Shown: piece by piece, positions 17,461 to 24,322 of the stretch
How the letters are laid out: each line of letters starts with the position of its first letter
How positions within the stretch are numbered: the stretch's first letter is position 1
Origin: a virus
Taxonomy: Duplodnaviria > Caudoviricetes
Virus record (IMG/VR): IMGVR_UViG_3300037286_000263
Span: 1 to 34,600 of that record
Reading direction: 5' to 3' (one strand)
Length of the DNA stretch: 34,600 nucleotides
Translations under genes and position numbers: made by a program
Notes under the pieces: model-generated
Seen by the model: the letters and a program-made list of their open reading frames with translations, nothing else
Told to the model about the DNA's origin: nothing
Databases searched by the model: none

Positions 17461-18476
17461 ACATGAAAAAGTGGCTGGCAATCTTGAAGGAGATGACCGG
17501 CGCGCCTGCGGAATTCCAGGTATTGCCGGAGGGGAAGATCGAGATCGAGGGCATGGACCCGGCTTTTCTCAATGAAACGGCGGCGGCCGGCGTGATCGCG
17601 GCTTTCAAGGCGCGAGGCAATGACATGGTCGTCGATTACGAGCACCAGACGCTCGCAGACGGCCAAGCGCCGGCGGCGGGATGGATCAAAGACCTGATCT
17701 GGAAAGGCAAGGAGGGGCTCTGGGCGGCGGTGGAGTGGACGAAAAAGGCAAAGGAATACCTGGAGAACAGGGAATACCGCTATTTCTCTCCGGTGATGCT
17801 CGTCGGGGCCAAGGACGGGCGGGTGGTGCGGCTGGTCAATCTTGCTCTGACCAACAGCCCGAAGATTAACTGCCTGCAGCCGATTGTGGCCAAGTGGAAT
17901 GCAGGGGAAACGAAAACCGAAAAGGAGGACATTATGATCGGAAAGTTGAAGCAGTTGCTGGGCCTCGCGGCCGACGCCGCCGAGGCGAAAATCGAAGAGG
18001 CGGTGACGCTTCTGGTGAACAAGGCCAAGGAACTGGAAACCCAGGCGGCATCCCTGGTCGCCTGCAAAGAGGTGTTGACGGCCCTGGGCGCAAAGGATGG
18101 CGCTGGAAAGGACGAGGTCATCCGGATCGTTGCTTCGCTCAAGGCGCCCGGGGATGCGGCGAAGGACCTGAGCCTTAAGGTCGCGCAGCTCACGCAGGAG
18201 ATTGCCGAGATGAAGCAAACCGACCTCGTGCAGCTTGCCCTCAAGGAGGGCAAAACCAGCCCGGAAGAACTGGATAAATGGGGCCGCAATCTCGCGAGGA
18301 CGAATCCGGAGCAGTTCAATCTGATCGTCCTGGCCAGGCCGGCGGGCAGCGTGATCCCGATCGCGCAGATCGAGGTGCTGAAGGATCAGCTGGGCGCCGT
18401 CCCGGACGACGTCCAGAAATCGGTCAATAAGATGATGGGCGTCGATGACGCGACGTTCGCAAAATACAACAAATAA
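17457..18476 (+). CDS. Capsid maturation protease (Mu gpI family)
   Basis: VVDYEHQT, APAAGWI, VEWT, YRYFSPV, ALTNSP motifs; start may be ATG 17463. Confidence 0.93.
   Translation: MNMKKWLAILKEMTGAPAEFQVLPEGKIEIEGMDPAFLNETAAAGVIAAFKARGNDMVVDYEHQTLADGQAPAAGWIKDLIWKGKEGLWAAVEWTKKAKEYLENREYRYFSPVMLVGAKDGRVVRLVNLALTNSPKINCLQPIVAKWNAGETKTEKEDIMIGKLKQLLGLAADAAEAKIEEAVTLLVNKAKELETQAASLVACKEVLTALGAKDGAGKDEVIRIVASLKAPGDAAKDLSLKVAQLTQEIAEMKQTDLVQLALKEGKTSPEELDKWGRNLARTNPEQFNLIVLARPAGSVIPIAQIEVLKDQLGAVPDDVQKSVNKMMGVDDATFAKYNK
17934..18476 (+). CDS. Nested in-frame scaffolding protein (Mu gpZ equivalent)
   Basis: Internal SD AAGGAGG (17922-17928) then in-frame ATG 17934; helical C-terminal half; Mu Z is made from an internal start in I. 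Confidence 0.7.
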   Translation: MIGKLKQLLGLAADAAEAKIEEAVTLLVNKAKELETQAASLVACKEVLTALGAKDGAGKDEVIRIVASLKAPGDAAKDLSLKVAQLTQEIAEMKQTDLVQLALKEGKTSPEELDKWGRNLARTNPEQFNLIVLARPAGSVIPIAQIEVLKDQLGAVPDDVQKSVNKMMGVDDATFAKYNK

Positions 18477-18482
18477 CATTCT

Positions 18483-18509
18483 GTCATTCCCACGAAAGCG
18501 GGAATCCAG
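18483..18509 (+). repeat. REP/dRS3-like palindrome, copy 1
   Basis: GTCATTCCC-ACGAAAGC-GGGAATCCAG. Confidence 0.85.
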
Positions 18510-18528
18510 GAAGACAAGGAGGAACATC

Positions 18529-19737
18529 ATGAAGAGAGTTATCAACAAGTATTTCGGAAGCGGGAGGTCGCTGTTCACCATCCTGTTCGTCTGTCTCATT
18601 GCGCTGGCTGTAAATGCGTTCGGCTGGGAGGAGGATGGCGCGCCGCTCGTCATGTTTGGCATTCTCGCAGCCGACAAAGCGCTCGAATACACCGAGGGCG
18701 TGGAACTGGCCCTGCCGGTGATCAATGCGGACTGCATCTATGGCGGATCATTTGTTTGCGTCAACGCTGCCGGCTACGCCCTGCCGGGCGGCGATACCGC
18801 CGGGCTGATCTTCATGGGCGTCGCAACTCAGCGCGCGGACAATACATCGGGCGCGGTCGGGGCAATTAGCGTTCCCGTCCGGCGCCGGGGGCTTGTCAAG
18901 GCCACACTGGCCACCGCGATCACCATCGCAAACGTGGGCGACAACGTCTTTCTCGTGGATGACGAGTCGGTTGATCTGACGGGGAATGTCACCAACGGAA
19001 TTTTCTGCGGGATTATCGCTCAGTATATCGATACGACCCACGCCTGGATCGACATCGAGCCCGCCATCAAACAGGCCGACGTGGCAACACACATCGCCGA
19101 CGGCTCCGCTGCCCATGCGGCCTCGGCGATCTCCGTGCTCGATTCGGGCAACTTTACCACAGCGGCCCAGGTCGAAGCCGCCCTCGCGGAGATCTACCAG
19201 CACCTGAAATCCGCCAAGGGGATCATCCCCATCCCCACCCCGGCGTTCGATTCTGCCGGCGTCGCCCTGGCAGCGTTCGTCAGCGCGGACTCCGCCACCG
19301 GCGGCTACTGCGTTACCGCCAAGGGCCTCGGCATCCGGTGGAACAACCACGCCACACCCGGCCCGCCGGTCGGAATCAAGGTCATGGTCCCGCCCGACAT
19401 GGACGTTGCGGCCGACGCCGTGCTCCATATCCTGGCGGCGAAGACCGGGGCCACGGGGGCGGACGCCACGAAGTTCACGGTGGGCGCCTTCAACAATGAC
19501 GTGGGCGCGGCTTTCGACGCCGATGACAGCTTCGGCGGGGACAGCACCGCGATGGTGGGCGACGCCACGGCGAAGGACGTTCAAGAGGTCACGCTGACCC
19601 TGGCGCTCGCGAACCTCACGGCCTACCCCGCGGCGATCGAGCTGACCATCAAACCCAAGGACGGCACACTCGGCGCCGACGACGTGATCATGCTGGCCGC
19701 CTGGATCGAGTACAAGAAGAAGCTCCTGACGGCGTAA
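18529..19737 (+). CDS. Head decoration/cement protein with N-terminal hydrophobic leader and C-terminal fibre-like extension
   Basis: SD AAGGAGG; core IYGGSFVCVNAAGYALPG...GVA....DN..G..G...V.VRRRG resembles Mu-like cement proteins found between I and T; 402 aa. Confidence 0.75.
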   Translation: MKRVINKYFGSGRSLFTILFVCLIALAVNAFGWEEDGAPLVMFGILAADKALEYTEGVELALPVINADCIYGGSFVCVNAAGYALPGGDTAGLIFMGVATQRADNTSGAVGAISVPVRRRGLVKATLATAITIANVGDNVFLVDDESVDLTGNVTNGIFCGIIAQYIDTTHAWIDIEPAIKQADVATHIADGSAAHAASAISVLDSGNFTTAAQVEAALAEIYQHLKSAKGIIPIPTPAFDSAGVALAAFVSADSATGGYCVTAKGLGIRWNNHATPGPPVGIKVMVPPDMDVAADAVLHILAAKTGATGADATKFTVGAFNNDVGAAFDADDSFGGDSTAMVGDATAKDVQEVTLTLALANLTAYPAAIELTIKPKDGTLGADDVIMLAAWIEYKKKLLTA

Positions 19738-19754
19738 CGGCAACCCCATAAATT

Positions 19755-19784
19755 GTCATTCCCGCGGCGAGCACGGGAATCCAG
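19755..19784 (+). repeat. REP/dRS3-like palindrome, copy 2
   Basis: GTCATTCCC-GCGGCGAGCAC-GGGAATCCAG. Confidence 0.85.
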
Positions 19785-19802
19785 AAAGCAAAGGAGGAAA
19801 CC

Positions 19803-20708
19803 ATGTTAGTGAATAAAGCGACAATTGCGGCGGTCTTTCTGACCCTGAAAACCACTTTCAACAACGCCTTCGACGCCGCCCCCAGCCAGTGGCAGGCGAC
19901 GGCCATGCTGGTGCCGTCGGGCTCCGGCCAGAACGATTACGCCTGGCTCTCCAAATTCCCCAAAATGCGCAAGTGGATCGGGGACAAGGCGATCAAGGCC
20001 CTCGAAGCCTTCAAATACACCGTCGTCAACGACGACTTTGAGGCCACCGTGGAGGTGGACCGCAACGACGTAGAGGACGACAACCTTGGCATCTACGCCC
20101 CCCAGGCGCAGATGGCGGGCTTTTCCGCCCGGCAGCTCCCCGACGAGATCGTGGCGGATTTGAAGAACAATGCCTTCGCCAACAAGTGCTACGACGGCCA
20201 GTATTTTTACGACAACGACCACCCCGTTGCCGGCGCGTCCGTCGCGAACGTGGGGACGGCGGTGCTTTCCGCGGCGACCGTCGCCCTGGCGAAAGCCTCC
20301 TACGGCGTCGCCCGGACGGCGATTATGTCCTTCAAGGACGACGAGGGCCGCCCTCTGGCGCTGGTCCCCGATACGCTCGAAGTGCCCCCGGCACTGGAGG
20401 CGGTGGGGCGGATGATATGCGAATACGACAAACTGGAGGACGACAAGCCGAACCCCTACAAGGGCACTGCCAAGCTCGTCGTCAATCCGCGGCTCACCTC
20501 GACCACGGCCTGGTTCCTCCATATCACCTCGCTGCCGGTGAAGCCCTTCGTCTACCAGGAGCGCAAGGCCCCGATATTCGTCGAGCAGACCGACGCGCAG
20601 ACGGACAACGTGTTCATGCGCAAGAAGTTCCGTTTCGGCGCCGAAGCCCGCGCCGCCGGCGGATATGCCTTCTGGCAGATGAGCTTCGGCAGCACCGGGC
20701 TCGGGTAA
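19803..20708 (+). CDS. Major capsid protein (Mu gpT family)
   Basis: YAWL..FP.MRKWIGD, FEATVEVDRNDVEDDNLG.Y, CYDGQYF...DHPV, KPF.YQER motifs; SD GGAGG. Confidence 0.96.
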   Translation: MLVNKATIAAVFLTLKTTFNNAFDAAPSQWQATAMLVPSGSGQNDYAWLSKFPKMRKWIGDKAIKALEAFKYTVVNDDFEATVEVDRNDVEDDNLGIYAPQAQMAGFSARQLPDEIVADLKNNAFANKCYDGQYFYDNDHPVAGASVANVGTAVLSAATVALAKASYGVARTAIMSFKDDEGRPLALVPDTLEVPPALEAVGRMICEYDKLEDDKPNPYKGTAKLVVNPRLTSTTAWFLHITSLPVKPFVYQERKAPIFVEQTDAQTDNVFMRKKFRFGAEARAAGGYAFWQMSFGSTGLG

Positions 20709-20779
20709 CCTTTGCGGACGTGAGTGATCCGCCCCGTGCCTCCCGGATCCGGGAGACACGGGGAAACTCACAAAGGAGG
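20709..20779. promoter_or_regulatory. Structured element downstream of gpT overlapping the next RBS
   Basis: CCCCGTG-C-CTCCCGGATCCGGGAG-A-CACGGGG hairpin; GCGGA/TCCGC hairpin whose loop GTGAGT is complementary to ACTCAC (20766-20771); CCTTTG complementary to CAAAGG at the SD. Confidence 0.55.
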
Positions 20780-20784
20780 AAGCG

Positions 20785-21096
20785 ATGATTAGAATCAAGA
20801 GCAAGCAGAAGAACTTCCGGCGTTGCGGCATCCCCCACGACGACCGGCTGGTCGAATATCCGGACAACCGCTTTACGCCCGAGCAGCTCGCCATCCTGAA
20901 GGCTGAGCCCATGCTGATCGTCGAAGTGGTTCAAACGAAAGCGGTCGGCGATGATATCGCGGTGATGACGGTCGCGCAGATCACGGCCGAGATCGCCAGG
21001 TATCAGCCGATCGAACCGCTGAAAGGCGTGAAAAAAGCGGATCTGATTGAGATCCTAAAGTCCCACGTAACAAGTCCGATCGCGCCGAAGGAGTAA
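20785..21096 (+). CDS. Mu gp35-like (HI1506-related) protein with C-terminal helix-extension-helix motif
   Basis: FRRCG..H.......F..EQL..LKAEPML.V N-domain; MTVAQI....KKADLIEIL C-motif. Confidence 0.8.
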   Translation: MIRIKSKQKNFRRCGIPHDDRLVEYPDNRFTPEQLAILKAEPMLIVEVVQTKAVGDDIAVMTVAQITAEIARYQPIEPLKGVKKADLIEILKSHVTSPIAPKE

Positions 21097-21099
21097 CGC

Positions 21100-21525
21100 A
21101 TGCCCTACTGCACGCAGGCAATCATCCTGAACCGCATCGACGAGACGACGCTGATTCAGCTCACCGACGAGGCAGGCACCGGCGAGATCGACGCCGCCAA
21201 GGTCGCCGCGGCAATCGCCGACGCCGATGCCACGATCGACGCCTACTGCCAGGGCCGCTATACCGTTCCGCTCTCGCCCGTGCCGCCGAAGATCCTTCAG
21301 GTTTCGGTCGATATCGCCCTGTTCAATCTCTACTCCCGGAGCGACCTCGAAATGCCGGGGGTGCGCAAGGACCGGAACACGGAGGCGATCCGCTTCCTGG
21401 AGATGGCGGCCGCGGGCAAGGTCAATCTCGGAGCGGCGACGCCGTCTCCCGCCAATACGGATAACACGGTGAATGTGGATTCCAACACCCGGATTTTCAG
21501 CCGGGCAAAGATGTCGGGGTTCTGA
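21100..21525 (+). CDS. Head-tail adaptor (Mu gp36 / DUF1320 family)
   Basis: MPYCT...LIQLTD, AIADA.A.IDAY..GRY.VPL, AIRFL...A.GK..LG motifs. Confidence 0.92.
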   Translation: MPYCTQAIILNRIDETTLIQLTDEAGTGEIDAAKVAAAIADADATIDAYCQGRYTVPLSPVPPKILQVSVDIALFNLYSRSDLEMPGVRKDRNTEAIRFLEMAAAGKVNLGAATPSPANTDNTVNVDSNTRIFSRAKMSGF

Positions 21526-21526
21526 A

Positions 21527-21940
21527 ATGATCGAAATAACCCAAAACACCATCATCGAGGCTCTTGAAACGATCAAGGACGTCAAGACCGTCGGCGTCTG
21601 GCAGGGTGATATCGATGACCTGGTCAAGATGCCCCAGCGCCTGCCGGCCCTGCACGTGATCTACCAGGGGGCGGACTTCGAAGAGATCAAAACCGCCGGC
21701 GGAGACACGCCCGGCCATACAATGGATTTTCTGGTCGTGTTGGTGGCCCAGCACGCCAAGAACCGCCAGGACGGCGCGTCGATCTGCTATGCCGTCATCG
21801 AGGGGGTCCGGGGTGTGCTTGTGGGGTTGCGGATTTATGGCAGCTTACTCTGGCCGATCAAAGAGGATTTGCTTTTTGCCGAGGGCGGCATCCTCGTTTA
21901 CGGAATGGATTATCGTCTCGGCAACCTGCTCGTGGAATAG
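21527..21940 (+). CDS. Tail terminator / Mu gp37-like protein
   Basis: Position after gp36; V.VWQG.......RLPALHVIYQG pattern. Confidence 0.72.
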   Translation: MIEITQNTIIEALETIKDVKTVGVWQGDIDDLVKMPQRLPALHVIYQGADFEEIKTAGGDTPGHTMDFLVVLVAQHAKNRQDGASICYAVIEGVRGVLVGLRIYGSLLWPIKEDLLFAEGGILVYGMDYRLGNLLVE

Positions 21941-21950
21941 GAGGACAGAT

Positions 21951-22154
21951 ATGTACCAGCTCAAAAAAGGACAGGAGGCGTTCACCGTGGTGGAAGGTTT
22001 CTTCAAGGGGAAAACCTTCAAGCCCGGCGCGCGTTACGAGGAGATTCCCCGGGAATATGCCGGGCGATTCGCAGCGATCGGAGCCGCGCAGCCGGCGCCT
22101 GTGCAGGCGGCCGAGCCCGTCAAACCGAAGACCGAGAAGAAAGCGTCCGCCTGA
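21951..22154 (+). CDS. Small hypothetical tail-region protein
   Basis: SD AGGAGG, ATG 21951; 67 aa with Pro/Ala/Lys-rich tail. Confidence 0.7.
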   Translation: MYQLKKGQEAFTVVEGFFKGKTFKPGARYEEIPREYAGRFAAIGAAQPAPVQAAEPVKPKTEKKASA

Positions 22155-22179
22155 CGGCGGAAGAAGGAGGTAACCGACC

Positions 22180-23466
22180 ATGACCCGATCCTACATGGCC
22201 ACCCACAACCTGATCGCCGTTTCAGCCAACGCGGCGGAGACGGCCATCAATACCGAGCAGACACTGGATACGACGATGCTCTGTGCCTTGGGCGACATCA
22301 TCAACATGGAGCACCGGCGCGAAAGCAACGAGAATGAGGCGACCGGCAAGGAGGAGCCCGACACCATTTACGACCTGGGCGCGCTGGTCAACGCGACGTT
22401 CAACTTTGAAAAGGCGCAGCCGCAGCACTTCGCATTTCTGCTGGCCTACGCCCTGGGCTCGTCCTCCGTGGCGGCGGCGGGCTCCGGCAAGCAACACACC
22501 ATCGTCCCGATTGACGGCGATCTGGATGATGACCGTTCGCTGCCATCGTACACGGCGGCGCAGCGCTATGGAGATACGGTTCTCCGTCGTCGCTTCGCCT
22601 CCATGTTTGTCGATTCCATTTCGGCGACATTTGCAAAAGACGCCTGGTGCAAGATCACTGGCAATATCAAGGGCACCGGCAAAGTGACCACCAACGTGCT
22701 GGAGGAGGTTATCTCCGCCGCGCCCAACGCCGCCTCTCTCACCCTGGCGGCCAACGCCGTGCATGGCGGGGCGGATGCCGCGGTGCGCCTCCAGAACGTC
22801 CAGCGGATCCGCGTGGAGCTGGCCGCCGGCGTCTGGACAGAGGTTGCCTATTCCGCCGTCTCCGCAGCCACTCCGGCGGTGATCACGATCACCCCACCCC
22901 AGGTTGGGGCGGGCGACAACGTCAACTATCGGGTCCTCTACATTCCGGCCGAATCCGGCTGGATGACGTTTCCTGCGCGGGTCAACGAAACCCCGCTGCG
23001 CGTCTCCGAAATGACGCTGAAGGTCGGCGGCGCCTGGTCAGGATCCGCATTCGTTGGAGGCCGGGAATTGCAGGCCGAGGTGAAGTCTGTCGATTGGAAC
23101 TTCAACAACAACCTGGCCGTGGAATTCGTTCCCGGGGCGGGCGGCGCCTACGCCTCCCGGGCAATCCGAGGCGGAAGGTCGCAAAAAATCACGCTGAACC
23201 GCGAGTTCCGCGAGTTCATCATGCAGCAGCACCTGGTGGCAAACGACACCCTGGGGCTCTACATTCTGGCGGAAGGGGCGATCTATGACAGCCCGCATAA
23301 GTACCAGGTGGAGATCATCTTCCCGAAGGTGGCGGTCCTGGCCTCCCCGATTTCCGTGGACGGCAAGCGGCTCGGTGAAGCCGGGGATCTCCAGGTGCTC
23401 GAAGACGACACCTACGGATCCGTGATCGTGAAGATCAAAAACCTGCAGGCGACCTACGCGGCGTAA
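22180..23466 (+). CDS. Major tail (tube) protein
   Basis: SD AAGGAGGT; 428 aa beta-rich; position between tail terminator and chaperone/tape measure; no sheath gene. Confidence 0.75.
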   Translation: MTRSYMATHNLIAVSANAAETAINTEQTLDTTMLCALGDIINMEHRRESNENEATGKEEPDTIYDLGALVNATFNFEKAQPQHFAFLLAYALGSSSVAAAGSGKQHTIVPIDGDLDDDRSLPSYTAAQRYGDTVLRRRFASMFVDSISATFAKDAWCKITGNIKGTGKVTTNVLEEVISAAPNAASLTLAANAVHGGADAAVRLQNVQRIRVELAAGVWTEVAYSAVSAATPAVITITPPQVGAGDNVNYRVLYIPAESGWMTFPARVNETPLRVSEMTLKVGGAWSGSAFVGGRELQAEVKSVDWNFNNNLAVEFVPGAGGAYASRAIRGGRSQKITLNREFREFIMQQHLVANDTLGLYILAEGAIYDSPHKYQVEIIFPKVAVLASPISVDGKRLGEAGDLQVLEDDTYGSVIVKIKNLQATYAA

Positions 23467-23536
23467 TGACCACGGGGGCGGCCATGCGCCGCCCCTCCAC
23501 AAATCAGGCCCGCACCCGCGGGAGAAAGGAAACATC

Positions 23537-24004
23537 ATGCCCCGACAGCTAAACGATAAACCCTGCGAGGTGACCTTCCAGGACCGGCTTTCGACGGACA
23601 AAGGCGGGAACCCGTCCAAGATCACCCTCTTCTACCATTTGCCGACGACCGAGGACCGCATCGGCTACGCCAATGCGCAGATCATCCGCCAGGGCAACAC
23701 GGTCAAAAACAACATGGGCGAAGCGCGGCTCAAATACGGTTTGAAAATCCTGACCGGGTTCAAGGACGGCGACTTCGAGACGGACGACGGCCGGCCGATG
23801 GCCTCCGACCCGGCATCGCCGCACTACGACCCGGCATGGAAGAGCAAGGTCCGCCAGTACGCCTCCGACATCATCAGCCTACTGGCCATCCATGTCTTCG
23901 ATGCTTCGGTCACCACCAGCGAACCCGACGCGCCGGCAGACGCTGATCCGGAAGCTCCGCCCGCTGGGAAAGGCTCGGAGGATAGGGACGAAAACCCTTT
24001 GTAA
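23537..24004 (+). CDS. Tail assembly chaperone (lambda gpG equivalent)
   Basis: Between tube and tape measure; acidic flexible C-terminus ending at slippery site C-CCT-TTG-TAA. Confidence 0.82.
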   Translation: MPRQLNDKPCEVTFQDRLSTDKGGNPSKITLFYHLPTTEDRIGYANAQIIRQGNTVKNNMGEARLKYGLKILTGFKDGDFETDDGRPMASDPASPHYDPAWKSKVRQYASDIISLLAIHVFDASVTTSEPDAPADADPEAPPAGKGSEDRDENPL

Positions 24005-24321
24005 CTGATCTGGCGGCCATCCGAGCGGGCCTCTGTGAGGAGGCCAACGAGCGCAAATGCCAGGAAGAATGCGGCGACGAACTGCTCTCCTGGACATGCT
24101 CCCAATGTGAGAAGAAGAAACGTCGGGACCTGGGCGAGTACACACAAAAAATTTTCAGAATCAGGCACTTGAAGATGGCCGGCTATCCTTTCAGAACGAA
24201 CGACCTGACGCAGGAAGAATGGGAGGACCTCGGAATGGTCGAGGATCTGGTGCGCCAGCAGGATAAAAAGGCGGAACTGTCGGCGATGCAGAACATCATA
24301 CTGAATCTATTGAGGCGCTGA
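23998..24321 (+). CDS. -1 frameshift extension of tail chaperone (gpGT equivalent; not in ORF track)
   Basis: -1 frame open from the slippery heptamer CCCTTTG (23995-24001) to TGA 24319-24321, one base before the tape measure ATG: FVTDLAAIRAGLCEE...MQNIILNLLRR. Confidence 0.82.
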   Translation, partial: FVTDLAAIRAGLCEEANERKCQEECGDELLSWTCSQCEKKKRRDLGEYTQKIFRIRHLKMAGYPFRTNDLTQEEWEDLGMVEDLVRQQDKKAELSAMQNIILNLLRR

Positions 24322-24322
24322 A

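Noticed and set aside
23475-23530. GC hairpin after the tail tube gene as a terminator
   Set aside because: Stem GGGGCGGC/GCCGCCCC has no U-tract; may stabilise mRNA but cannot be called a terminator.
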